Source: Thermoanaerobaculia bacterium
Lineage (GTDB): Bacteria; Acidobacteriota; Thermoanaerobaculia; Multivoradales; JAGPDF01
NCBI GenBank assembly: GCA_018057705.1
Contig: JAGPDF010000007.1
Span: 1,125 to 65,124, forward strand
DNA: 64,000 bases
Reading direction: 5' to 3'
Both the position numbers and the translations under genes were made by a program. The notes under the pieces were generated by a model. The model saw only the letters and a list, made by a program, of their open reading frames with translations. It searched no databases and was not told the DNA's origin. Below are positions 21,095-30,499 of this stretch, piece by piece (positions within the stretch are counted from its first letter, which is position 1; each line of letters opens with the position of its first letter).

Positions 21095-23608
21095 TCATTC
21101 ACTCTTACGGGCGGCCGGGCGGCGCCGTCTAGGCGCGACCGGCTGGCCGGCGCCGGCCGGAGGGGTTGCACCGGGCGCGGCCAGAGCTGCGGCCGCCGCT
21201 TCCGGCCCGGCGAAGAACTCCCGCGCCGCGCCGACCAGATCGCCCCCCAGGGCGGCTGCCTCCCCCCCGGAGAGCCAGTCGGCGGGTAGCCGATCGACGT
21301 AGGGGCGGTCGAGGAACCGGCGGTCGAGGAGGGCGATGACCCCGACGTCCTCGGCCGAGCGGATGAGCCGTCCGGCCGCCTGTACGACCCGGGTCATTCC
21401 CGGGACGACGAAGGCGAACTCGAAGCCGCGTTCGAAGCGCTCCTCGTAGTAGCTCTGCAGGAGCCGCGTCTCGATCGTCGGCACCGGCAGGCAGGGGCCG
21501 ACGATCGCGACCGCCTTGAGCATGTCGCCGGGGTAGTCGACACCCTCGGCGAAAACCCCGCCGGCCACCGCGAGCAGCATGACGTCGCCGAGGAGCGCGT
21601 TGCGCAGCGTTTCGAGCAGCGCCTCACGGTCGCGCTCGCTGTCGGAGCGTTGCTGCACGTAGATCCGCTTCTTTCGGGCGTTCATCCGCGAAGCGACGTC
21701 GGACAGGAACTGGAAGCTCGGAAAGAGCACCAGGCAGTTGCCCGGAACGACGTCGCCGAAGGCGCTCAGGCGGTCGGCGATCGGCTGGCAGTTTCCCGCC
21801 CGCTCTTTCCACAGCGTGGTCACCGAGCGGTCGACGACGACCCGGCGATGGGCGGCGGGAAACGGGCTCGGCAGGGCGAGCGCGACCGTCCGGCCGGGAT
21901 CGAAGCCCAGGAGGTCGCGGTAGAACTCCGGCGGACTCAAGGTCGCCGACAGGCCGATGGCCGAATGCACGCGGCCGAACACCTGGCCGAGGAAGGCCCC
22001 CGGGTCCTTGCAGAAGATCCGCAGCTTGCGCTCGTCGCCGCGGCGCTCGCAGAGGTGACTGGAGATGCCGCCTTCGATCGCGATGCCGTTCAGAAAGCGC
22101 AGGAGCTCGAAGTAGAGCGCCACGAAGGCGTCGTCGGCCTGGAAGCTCTTGGTCTCGCGGCGGTGTTCGAGATAGTCGACGAAGGCGGCGTCGAAGTCGG
22201 GCCGCAGTCGCCAGAGGCGTTCCTCGGGCAGCGCCGCCTCGACGGCGCCTTCGCGCTCGCCGATCTCCGCGAGCGCGGCGTCCGAGGTGTCCTCGATGAG
22301 CGTCGCCAGGGCGACCGAGAGTCGCTCGAGCTCGCGATGCACCGGCGAGCCTCCGTGGGCGGCGGCTTCGGCCGAGCGGCGGGCGCTCGCGGAGGAGAGC
22401 TCGGGCGAGAGATAGCCGCGCCCGCGTTCGACCAGGTTGTGAATCTCGTCGATCACCAGCACGACGTTCGAGAGGTCGTGCTCGACGGAGAAGTCGGCCA
22501 GCGCGACGTACGGGTCGAAGGCGTAGTTGTAGTCGCAGACCACCACCTGGGCCTTGCCGGCGAGGTCCAGACTGACCTCGAAAGGGCAGACCTCGGCCTG
22601 GGTCGCGGCCGAGAAGACGAGGTCGGGATCGAGCACCGCCTGTTCCCGCAGAAGCCGCGGCACCACTCCGGACGACGCCAGCTTCGCGTAGTAGTCGCGC
22701 GCGAACGGACAGTAGTCCTCGTGACAGATGACCTCGCCGTTGGCGCACATGCGCGCCTTGGCGCGCAGCCGCAGCGCGTGGAGCGCCGGACCGGCGTCGA
22801 CCTGGCGGAGGACCTTGAGCGCCATCTCCTGCTGCAGGTTCTTGGCGGTGAGGACGAAGAGGCGCTTGTCGTGGGCGAGGGCGTAGCGGATCGCCGGAAA
22901 GAGCGCGGCAGCGGTCTTGCCGAGGCCGGTCGGGGCCTCGAGGAGGAGGTGCTCGCGATGGTCGAGGGCGTGCTCGACGGCTGCGACGATCTCCTCCTGC
23001 CCCGGGCGGAGGTCCGCGTGAGGAAAGCGGATGCCCAGAGCCGCGCGGTGGCGGTCGCCCGCCGCCTCGCGCTCGTGCCGGAAGTCGCGCAGCAGCGCGT
23101 TCAGACGCTGGCGGATCGCGAGCTCGAGCGCTTCGAAATCGGCCTTCAACGGCTCGCGCTCGACGGCGTCGCTGCCGATCGCGATCAGGATCAGCTCGGC
23201 GCGGACCGGACGCCCTTCGATCTGCGACAGCATCCAGGCGTAGAGGAGGGCCTGGCGCTCGTAGATCTGACGCGTCATCGGCGCGAGCTGGCCCTCGCGC
23301 CGGACCGACTTGATCTCCTCGACGACCAGCGCGCCGCCCTCCTCCTTGCGGATGCCGTCGGCCCGGCCCGAGAGGGTCACCGTCCAGCCGCGGTGGACGA
23401 ACTCGTGGCGCAGGGCGACTTCACGGCGATAGGTGCCGTCGCCGGCCAGCGCCTCCTCCTGATAGCGGCCGTGGATCGCCTGCCCCAGCCACATGCGCTC
23501 GAACCCGCCGCGGTTGGCGAAGCCGATCGAGCGCAGAAGGTGAGGCTCGAGGAGGTCGGCGACCGCGAGCTCGATCCGCAGAGCGGTTTCGTCGAAGCGC
23601 GGCGCCAT
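21095..23608 (-). CDS. dinG: PD-(D/E)xK nuclease fused to an XPD/DinG-family Fe-S ATP-dependent DNA helicase (837 aa).
   Basis: N-terminal ~190 aa with GRADGI...VVEEIKSV (D...E.K nuclease motif). The helicase motifs are EAPTGLGKT (motif I) and VIDEIHNL (DEAH), with a Cys cluster CANGEVICHEDYCPF consistent with the XPD Fe-S domain. Confidence 0.8.
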   Translation of the reverse strand: MAPRFDETALRIELAVADLLEPHLLRSIGFANRGGFERMWLGQAIHGRYQEEALAGDGTYRREVALRHEFVHRGWTVTLSGRADGIRKEEGGALVVEEIKSVRREGQLAPMTRQIYERQALLYAWMLSQIEGRPVRAELILIAIGSDAVEREPLKADFEALELAIRQRLNALLRDFRHEREAAGDRHRAALGIRFPHADLRPGQEEIVAAVEHALDHREHLLLEAPTGLGKTAAALFPAIRYALAHDKRLFVLTAKNLQQEMALKVLRQVDAGPALHALRLRAKARMCANGEVICHEDYCPFARDYYAKLASSGVVPRLLREQAVLDPDLVFSAATQAEVCPFEVSLDLAGKAQVVVCDYNYAFDPYVALADFSVEHDLSNVVLVIDEIHNLVERGRGYLSPELSSASARRSAEAAAHGGSPVHRELERLSVALATLIEDTSDAALAEIGEREGAVEAALPEERLWRLRPDFDAAFVDYLEHRRETKSFQADDAFVALYFELLRFLNGIAIEGGISSHLCERRGDERKLRIFCKDPGAFLGQVFGRVHSAIGLSATLSPPEFYRDLLGFDPGRTVALALPSPFPAAHRRVVVDRSVTTLWKERAGNCQPIADRLSAFGDVVPGNCLVLFPSFQFLSDVASRMNARKKRIYVQQRSDSERDREALLETLRNALLGDVMLLAVAGGVFAEGVDYPGDMLKAVAIVGPCLPVPTIETRLLQSYYEERFERGFEFAFVVPGMTRVVQAAGRLIRSAEDVGVIALLDRRFLDRPYVDRLPADWLSGGEAAALGGDLVGAAREFFAGPEAAAAALAAPGATPPAGAGQPVAPRRRRPAARKSE

Positions 23609-23741
23609 GCCGGGAGTCTACGACGCCAGGCAGCGGCAGCCGCGGCCGCGGCCGCGACGGCGTCCCTGCTTGCCGGTGCGGAGGGCGTCGGATACGCTGC
23701 GCGGCGATCTCACCCGCTTTCGCCCGGCACGAGGAGGCTTC

Positions 23742-24950
23742 ATGCAGCAGTTGATACCGGTTCTCGGTCTGTTCGTGATGCTGGGCATCGCCTGGGCGCT
23801 GTCGTCGAACCGCTCGGCGATCCGCTGGCGGCCGGTGGCAATGGGTACGGCGCTGCAGATCCTCTTCGCGCTGATCATCCTCAAGACCGAAGTCGGCAGG
23901 AGCGTTTTCGATTTCGTCGGCGCCGGGATCACCCGCTTTCTCGACTTCACCGACGCCGGCGCGACCTTCGTCTTCGGCGAGAGATTCAAGGAGTTCTACT
24001 TCGCCTTCAAGGTGCTGCCGACGATCATCTTCTTCTCGAGCTTCATCACCGTCCTCTACTACTTCGGCATCCTGCAGAAGATCGTCAGCGTCTTCGCCAA
24101 GGTGATGATGAAGACGATGGGTACGTCCGGCGCCGAGTCGCTCTCGGCCTCGGCCAACATCTTCGTCGGCCAGACGGAAGCGCCGCTGCTCATCAAGCCC
24201 TATGTCGCGCTCATGACGAAGTCGGAGCTCATGGCGGTGATGACCGGCGGCTTCGCGACCGTCGCGGGCGGCGTCATGGCGGCCTACGTCGGGATGGGCG
24301 TCTCCGCGAAGCATCTGCTCGCGGCGAGCGTCATGTCGGCGCCGGCCGCTCTGGTGATGGCGAAGCTGATGTTCCCCGAGACCGAGAAGAGCGTCACCGC
24401 GGGCAAGGTGGAGATCGAGGTCGAACGCCCCTGGGCGAACTCGATCGACGCTGCGGCCTCCGGCGCGGCCGACGGCCTGAAGCTCGCGCTCAACGTCGGC
24501 GCGATGCTGATCGCCTTCGTCGCGCTCATCGCCATGATCGACTTTCCGATCACCAAGCTGGGTCAGCTCTTCGGCTACGACACCTGGAGCCTGCGCGCCC
24601 TCCTCGGAATCGTCTTCCAACCTCTCGCCTGGGTGATGGGAGTTCCGTGGAGCGAGGCGCCGCAGGTGGGGACGCTCATCGGCATCAAGACGGCGGTGAA
24701 CGAGTTCGTCGGCTACATCGAGATGCAGAAGATGATCGGCGACGGCCAGCTCTCGGAGCGCGCCCAGATCATCGCCACTTATGCCCTGTGCGGATTCTCG
24801 AACTTCTCCTCGATCGCCATCCAGATCGGCGGCATCGGCTCGATCGCCCCCGAGCGCAAGAGCGATCTCGCCCGCCTCGGCCTGCGCGCCATGGTCGCGG
24901 GCTCCCTCGCCTGCTTCCAGACCGCGACCATCGCCGGCTTCCTGATCTAG
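23742..24950 (+). CDS. nupC: NupC/CNT-family concentrative nucleoside transporter.
   Basis: GAGGAGG RBS; ~402 aa multi-TM protein with CNT signatures (GFATVAGGVMAAYVGMG..., ...ALCGFSNFSSIAIQIGGIGSIAP). Confidence 0.85.
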   Translation: MQQLIPVLGLFVMLGIAWALSSNRSAIRWRPVAMGTALQILFALIILKTEVGRSVFDFVGAGITRFLDFTDAGATFVFGERFKEFYFAFKVLPTIIFFSSFITVLYYFGILQKIVSVFAKVMMKTMGTSGAESLSASANIFVGQTEAPLLIKPYVALMTKSELMAVMTGGFATVAGGVMAAYVGMGVSAKHLLAASVMSAPAALVMAKLMFPETEKSVTAGKVEIEVERPWANSIDAAASGAADGLKLALNVGAMLIAFVALIAMIDFPITKLGQLFGYDTWSLRALLGIVFQPLAWVMGVPWSEAPQVGTLIGIKTAVNEFVGYIEMQKMIGDGQLSERAQIIATYALCGFSNFSSIAIQIGGIGSIAPERKSDLARLGLRAMVAGSLACFQTATIAGFLI

Positions 24951-25022
24951 GGCGCGCAGCTCCGTAGGATGCGGTGCGCTTCGCTCAACACATCCTGCGA
25001 AGTCAGAGAATCGTAGCTCGGG

Positions 25023-25973
25023 CTAGGGCGCGCCCGCGCTTCCCAGGGCGGGCTGCTCCTCGAGCAGGAATGGCAGCGCCGCGGCGAGGAAGGCCTGCGG
25101 ACACTCTTCCATCGGGGTGTGGCCGCAGGCGGGAAGGCTGACGAAGGTCGAATTGGGGAGCTCACTCGAGCTCTTGCGGGCGGCTTCGGCCTCGATCAGC
25201 TCGTCCTCCGCACCCCAGACCACCAGCGCCGGTGTCTGGATCGCCGCGAGGTCGATCCGGAAGGGCGCCTCGGAGGAGGGGCCGACGAGGCCGTGAAAGG
25301 CGTCCGTGACGCCCTCGATGCGCAGGCGCTCGGCGTAGCTCCGCACCAGCTCCGGGGTGACTCTGGAATCGTCGAAGTAGGCTCTTTCGAGACCGGCTTC
25401 GATGACGCGGTCGGAGAGCGCGAAGGTGTGCGCCGCCATCCGGGCGACCCAACGCCAGGCGAAGAGCGGGTTGCGGCGCAGGCTGGCATAGAGCGGCAGA
25501 GTGTTGTCGATGAGCAGCAGCCGGTCGATCCGCTCCGGATGCTCTGCCGCGAGGTAGAGGGCGATGCCCCCGCCGTACGAGTGCCCGGCGAGGCGCACGC
25601 GGTCGAGCCCCAGCCGGTCGAGAACGCCCAGCACGAGGCGCGCTTGCCCGGCCAGGGTGTAGCTCGCGCGATCGCGCGGGCGCTCGGTGTAGCCGAAGCC
25701 GTTCAAGTCGATCGCCACCACCGCGAACCGCTGCGCGAGCTCCGGCAGGACGGCGGCGTAGGAGAGGGTCGATTCGCCGAAACCGTGCAGCAGGACGAGG
25801 GGCTCGCCCTCGCCGGCCCGCTCGACCGAGACCTGCTGGCCACCGATCTCGATCAGCCGTCCGGCAGGAAGATCACGCACGGCCGCGGAGTAGGGCTGCA
25901 TGGTGACGCAGGCCGACAGCGTGGGGAGCAGAGCGAGAAGCAGGATTCGTCGGGCGTGCGAGCGCAGGCACAT
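25023..25973 (-). CDS. alpha/beta-hydrolase lipoprotein.
   Basis: Lipobox LSAC after the signal peptide; nucleophile elbow GHSYGG; HGFGES motif. Confidence 0.75.
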   Translation of the reverse strand: MCLRSHARRILLLALLPTLSACVTMQPYSAAVRDLPAGRLIEIGGQQVSVERAGEGEPLVLLHGFGESTLSYAAVLPELAQRFAVVAIDLNGFGYTERPRDRASYTLAGQARLVLGVLDRLGLDRVRLAGHSYGGGIALYLAAEHPERIDRLLLIDNTLPLYASLRRNPLFAWRWVARMAAHTFALSDRVIEAGLERAYFDDSRVTPELVRSYAERLRIEGVTDAFHGLVGPSSEAPFRIDLAAIQTPALVVWGAEDELIEAEAARKSSSELPNSTFVSLPACGHTPMEECPQAFLAAALPFLLEEQPALGSAGAP

Positions 25974-26132
25974 CCATTCAGTTTACGTCTCTTCGCGCTC
26001 GTTGCACGGGTTGCCGTGCACTCCTGCGCGGACCCTCTGTGGCGCGCTCCCTGTCCGCCAGACGGCCGACCCGGTATGATTCCATTTTGGCAGCATCCAG
26101 GGATCGCCTGGAACATGGAGGCCGCACCCGGA

Positions 26133-27689
26133 ATGAGGCAGCGTTCGACATTGCAGCAGCCCTGCCTCGCAGCCGCGAGAAAGCGGCGAATCCGTCCCTT
26201 GCCTTCCGTTCTTTTCGGGACGGTGGCGCTTCTCGCGGCACTGCTTCCGGCCCCGTCGGTCGCGGCTGCCTCCGCTCCGGCGCCGAAAGCACGAACCGCG
26301 GCGGCCAAGCCGGCGCCGACGCTGCAGCAGGCCCTGGCTGTCGAGATCGAAGCGGCGCGCAAGAGCTCACGCGCCTTCGGCGTGCACATAGTCGACCTTT
26401 CGTCGCGCCAGAGCGCTTTCGCCGTGGATGCCGACCAGCCGCGGATCCTCGCCTCCAACACCAAGCTCCTGACCACTGCCGCGGCGCTCGAGACGCTCGG
26501 CGCCGACTTCGTTTTCGAGACTCGCGTCATGGTGCGCGGCGCTGCGAAAGAGGGCGTGCTGGCGGGCGACCTCGCTGTTTTTGGCAGCGGCGACCCGAAT
26601 CTCTCGGGGCGATTCCACGACGGCGACTCGTACGCGATCTTCCGCGAGTGGGCGGCCGCCCTCAAAGCGCGCGGAATCACCCGGGTCACCGGCAGCCTCT
26701 ACCTGGTCAACGGGCTCTTCAATCCGCCGAACGTCCACCCCGACTGGCCGCGCGATCAGCTCACCAGCTGGTACGAGGCGCCGGTCGAAGCGCTCTCCTT
26801 CAACGACAACTGTGTCCTCGTGCGGGTCTGGCCGGCCTCGCGGGCGGGCCTTCCGGCGCGCGTCGAGACGGTGCCGAAGCTCGACTATTTCGAGATCCGC
26901 AACAGCGCCACGACCACCGGCACGCGCAACAAGAACCGGCTGCATGTCGGCCGGCTCGGCGACAGCGACACGATCGTCGTCTCGGGCACGATCGGTCTGC
27001 GCACCGGCCCCGGCGAGTCGTGGGTCGCGGTGCAGAATCCGACGGCCTACTTCGGCGCCTCGCTCAAGGCGGCGCTCGCGGAAGAGGGCGTCCAGGTGGA
27101 AGGCGGGATCGTTCCCGCTCACGGCTCGCCGGGCGGCGCCTGGGAGCTGGTGGCGACTCACCAGAGCGACCTGGCGCGTACCCTCGAGGTGACCAACAAG
27201 CGCAGCCAGAACTTCTACGCCGAGTCGCTGGCGAAGCTTCTCGGCTGGAAGGTCCGCGGCGAGGGCAGCTGGGCGGCCGGGGTCGGTGTCGTCGGGGAGT
27301 TCCTCGCCGGGCTCGGGATCGCACCCGCCTCGTTCTCGCTCGTCGACGGCTCGGGGCTCTCGCGCGGCAACCTCATGAGCCCGCGGTCGATGACCGGGCT
27401 GCTCGAGCAGATGTACTTTCACGCCCTCGGACGCGACTTCCTGCGCTCGCTGCCGTTCTCCGGCGAACAGGGCCTCAAGTGGCAGCGCCGGCTCGCCCGC
27501 GCCCCCTACGCCGGAAACGTCTTCGCCAAGACCGGGACGATCAACGGCGTCTCGACCCTGTCGGGCTACGCCAAGGCGGTGTCCGGGCGGGTCTATGCCT
27601 TTTCCATACTCTTCAATCAGGTGCGCAGCAACTCCGGCGCTCACGCCGCGCAGGACCGCATCGTCGCCGCCCTGATCGATCGCGGCTAG
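26133..27689 (+). CDS. dacB: D-alanyl-D-alanine carboxypeptidase/endopeptidase (PBP4, peptidase S13).
   Basis: Signal peptide; ILASNTKLLTTAAALETLG (SxxK region), FGSGDP, ...KTGTINGVSTLSGY (KTG). Start at the ATG at 26133 (GGAGG upstream); the alternative ATG at 26115 cannot be excluded. Confidence 0.8.
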   Translation: MRQRSTLQQPCLAAARKRRIRPLPSVLFGTVALLAALLPAPSVAAASAPAPKARTAAAKPAPTLQQALAVEIEAARKSSRAFGVHIVDLSSRQSAFAVDADQPRILASNTKLLTTAAALETLGADFVFETRVMVRGAAKEGVLAGDLAVFGSGDPNLSGRFHDGDSYAIFREWAAALKARGITRVTGSLYLVNGLFNPPNVHPDWPRDQLTSWYEAPVEALSFNDNCVLVRVWPASRAGLPARVETVPKLDYFEIRNSATTTGTRNKNRLHVGRLGDSDTIVVSGTIGLRTGPGESWVAVQNPTAYFGASLKAALAEEGVQVEGGIVPAHGSPGGAWELVATHQSDLARTLEVTNKRSQNFYAESLAKLLGWKVRGEGSWAAGVGVVGEFLAGLGIAPASFSLVDGSGLSRGNLMSPRSMTGLLEQMYFHALGRDFLRSLPFSGEQGLKWQRRLARAPYAGNVFAKTGTINGVSTLSGYAKAVSGRVYAFSILFNQVRSNSGAHAAQDRIVAALIDRG

Positions 27690-27736
27690 CCCCGCGCGCT
27701 TCGACCCGGGGGCGAAGTCACCCCAGAAAGCCACCC

Positions 27737-28969
27737 ATGACGGACACACGCCAGGCGGATCTCCGCAATCTGATGAAGCGCGTCGAGCAGCTGGTGCGCG
27801 AGATTCAGTCGGCCGACGAAGTCGGCATCACGATCTACAACCTCGCCGATGCGATCATCTCGCGCTTCCGCGACGCGTTGGGCTTCTACGGCGGCCGGCT
27901 CTACCAGTGGGACGGCGAGGCCTACGAGCTCAAGGCGATCTTCCCCGACGCCCGCCCGGCGGAGCGCGAGATCCGCGTGCCCGCGACTTATGCGCCGATC
28001 GAGATTGCGCTCGCCGAGGGCGTGGTCTACATGGACTCGGGCGATCCGCGCTTCGACCACAAGCTCGAGGACCAGCTCGGGGTCGACCGCTTTGCGGCGA
28101 TCGAGGTCGGCGACGAGGAGTTCATCCTGTCGTTCGACGTCGCGCCCGGCGTGCATCGCGACGAGGTGCTGTTCTCGCTCGGCGTCCTGCGCCACGGCAT
28201 CAACCAGAAGCTCCGGCAGGAGCGCATGCAGGAGGTCTTCGATCAGGCGAGGAAGATCCAGGCGTCGATTCTCCCGCGCCGCGTGCCGGTCTACGGCGGC
28301 TTCGAGCTCTACGGACGGATCCAGCCGATGGAGTCGGTCGGCGGCGACTTCTACGACTACATCCCGATCACCGACAAGATCCTGGGCCTCGCGATCGCCG
28401 ACGTCTCGGGGCACGGATTGCCGGCGGCCCTCCAGGTGCGCGACATCTACATGGGCCTGCGCATGGGGATGGCGCGCGACTTCAAGATCGTGCGCACGGT
28501 CGAACGCCTGAACCAGATCATCCACAAGTCGACGCTCACCAGCCGTTTCGTCTCGATGTTCTACGGCGAGCTCGAACCGAACGGCGTCTTCATCTACGTC
28601 AACGCCGGCCATCCGCCGCCGTTCCATCTCTCGGCCGCGGGCGAAGTGCGCTACCTCGACGAAGGCGGCGCGGTCCTGGGCCCGCTCGCCGACGCCACCT
28701 ACGAGCGCGGCTTCGTGCGCCTCGCCCCCGGCGACATGGTCGTGCTCTACACCGACGGCATGATCGAGGCGACGCCCCCCGAGGGCGACGGCGAGGAGTT
28801 CGGTATCGAGCGCCTGGTCGAGATCGCCCGCAAGTCGACCGGCAAGAGCTCGAAAGAGATCGGCGAGGCGATGATGAAAGCCGTCGAAACCTACCGCGGC
28901 GAAGGCGAAGCCCAAGACGACCGCACCGTCGTCGTCGTCACCTACCCGCAGCCAGCGCCGGGCGCCTGA
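27737..28969 (+). CDS. PP2C-type serine phosphatase (RsbU/SpoIIE family) with an N-terminal sensory (GAF-like) domain.
   Basis: PP2C metal-binding motifs (GGDFYDY, DVSGHG, ...YTDGMIEA..., DDRTVVVV). It is the tail of the artefactual 976-aa ORF. Confidence 0.8.
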   Translation: MTDTRQADLRNLMKRVEQLVREIQSADEVGITIYNLADAIISRFRDALGFYGGRLYQWDGEAYELKAIFPDARPAEREIRVPATYAPIEIALAEGVVYMDSGDPRFDHKLEDQLGVDRFAAIEVGDEEFILSFDVAPGVHRDEVLFSLGVLRHGINQKLRQERMQEVFDQARKIQASILPRRVPVYGGFELYGRIQPMESVGGDFYDYIPITDKILGLAIADVSGHGLPAALQVRDIYMGLRMGMARDFKIVRTVERLNQIIHKSTLTSRFVSMFYGELEPNGVFIYVNAGHPPPFHLSAAGEVRYLDEGGAVLGPLADATYERGFVRLAPGDMVVLYTDGMIEATPPEGDGEEFGIERLVEIARKSTGKSSKEIGEAMMKAVETYRGEGEAQDDRTVVVVTYPQPAPGA

Positions 28970-29138
28970 CGCCCTAGCAAAACGCCTTTCCGCACGGCAG
29001 TTCGTCAGCGAGAGGACTCGCTTGAAGGGGAGCGGCGGCGATTCTCGCCTTGAGCTTCTGCTACCTTGGAAGCAGCGAGTCCGGAGACCTGGTCGGGAAC
29101 GGCTCAGCTTCGGTGATGCAGCGTCCTGTTCTCAGCGT

Positions 29139-29594
29139 TCACCCGTAAGCATCGATCTCGAGCTTGATTCCGAGGTCTCCCAATGCCTTCATGGTTTCGC
29201 TGGCGATAGAAAAGCCGTGGTTGCCGTCTTCAATACCGAAGACACCAAGAAACAGATCCATCTTGTACCCCTGCGCACTCAGCTCCTTCAGCGCTTCTCC
29301 TCGGTTCTGGAGGCGAGCCAGCAATCCGGTGATGTGATCGTCAGGAGCCGCGCTCCGGTGGAGCAACGATCTGATCGACCACATGCCTACCGAAAAGTCA
29401 GCGTACCTGCGACCAGATTGGCCGAGGAGTGGATCGCCAGCGCGATGCGACTCATCGGGAGTAAGCCCCAATCTCTTGGAGACGGTGTCCGGGTCGAGGC
29501 TCTTGTCGAAGATTCGAAGTGACGCGGAATAGGTGACGTTCACTTCAATCGAAGCCACGGAACAGGCGGTCGCGTACTTTGGACCACGGGACAC
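29139..29594 (-). CDS. DUF4279-domain protein. The 5' end probably starts at an internal GTG near 29543, downstream of and adjacent to the antitoxin gene.
   Basis: Strong match to the DUF4279 pattern (LRIFDKSLDPDTVSKRLGLTPDESHRAGD...LLARLQNRGEALKEL...DLFLGVFG...EIDAYG). The gene body has markedly lower GC than its surroundings. Confidence 0.55.
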   Translation of the reverse strand: MSRGPKYATACSVASIEVNVTYSASLRIFDKSLDPDTVSKRLGLTPDESHRAGDPLLGQSGRRYADFSVGMWSIRSLLHRSAAPDDHITGLLARLQNRGEALKELSAQGYKMDLFLGVFGIEDGNHGFSIASETMKALGDLGIKLEIDAYG

Positions 29595-29775
29595 TGGTGA
29601 TCGATCGGGCTTCGAGCTCTCTCACGCGGCGTTCGATCTCGTTCGACCAGGCGACTTCGACATCGGCGTCGGCGCGCACTTCGAGGCTCTCGATCAGCGC
29701 GCCGGCGACGGATGCGCGATCCTGCTCATCGAGCGAAAGCGCTTGCTTGAGGACTTCAGAAGCCGTCGGGCTCAT
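29545..29775 (-). CDS. Putative addiction-module antitoxin (Unstab_antitox / TIGR02574-like), 76 aa.
   Basis: MSPTASEVLKQALSLDEQDRASVAGALIESLE...WSNEIERRVRELE is the typical 'putative addiction module component' signature. Confidence 0.6.
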   Translation of the reverse strand: MSPTASEVLKQALSLDEQDRASVAGALIESLEVRADADVEVAWSNEIERRVRELEARSITSVPWSKVRDRLFRGFD

Positions 29776-29803
29776 GGCTGGGAAAGCATACGCCCCGACG
29801 CAG

Positions 29804-30499
29804 CTAGAGGCGGCGCGTCACGTTCTCGACGATCGAGATCTCCTGGCGGAGCTTGATCAGGCTGTCTGCGGGATAGAGCCCGCTGCGCAGTTGGACGCCG
29901 GTGTAGATCTGGGTGCGGGCGCCGACGATCGTTCCCGGATTGAGGACCGAGTTGCAGCCGACGGCGACCTGGTCGCCGAGGATGGCGCCGAGTTTGCGCT
30001 TGCCGGTCGGCAGGCGCTCGCCGTTTCCGGTGGGGATCTCGATGAGTCTGCCGTCGTGGCGGAAGTTGGAGAGGATGACGCCGGCGCCGAGGTTCGCGTT
30101 GCAGCCGACGATCGAGTCGCCGACGTAGTTCAAGTGCGCGGCGTGGGCGCCGGGGAAGAGGATCGCGCGTTTCATCTCGACGTTGGCGCCGACGACGCAG
30201 CCGTCGCCCACCCAGCAGCCGCCGCGCAGGTAGGCGCCGACGCGGATCTCGACGTCCTCGCCGATCCAGACCGGGCCTTCGACGACGGCGCCCGGCGCGA
30301 TGCGCGAGCCCTTGCCGAGGACGATCCGGTCGCCGACGAGATGGGCGCCGGGATGCACCCGGCCGAGGATCTCCGCCGAGGGCAGCGCCGCGAGCAGCTC
30401 ATCCATCGGAGCGTCGAGGAGCGCCCAGGGGCGCAGGGGATCGTAGCTCCCTGCGAAGGCCGCCGGGAGCTGGGCGAAGAGCTCGGGGAGGCGGGTCAT
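29804..30499 (-). CDS. Left-handed beta-helix (hexapeptide-repeat) acyltransferase-like protein, GlmU C-terminal-like; cotranscribed with galE.
   Basis: Multiple [LIV]-G-x-x-x-x hexapeptide repeats (IGEDVEIRVGAYL, VGDGCVVGANVEM, IVGCNANLGAGVIL); 4-nt overlap with the upstream epimerase gene. Confidence 0.6.
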   Translation of the reverse strand: MTRLPELFAQLPAAFAGSYDPLRPWALLDAPMDELLAALPSAEILGRVHPGAHLVGDRIVLGKGSRIAPGAVVEGPVWIGEDVEIRVGAYLRGGCWVGDGCVVGANVEMKRAILFPGAHAAHLNYVGDSIVGCNANLGAGVILSNFRHDGRLIEIPTGNGERLPTGKRKLGAILGDQVAVGCNSVLNPGTIVGARTQIYTGVQLRSGLYPADSLIKLRQEISIVENVTRRL

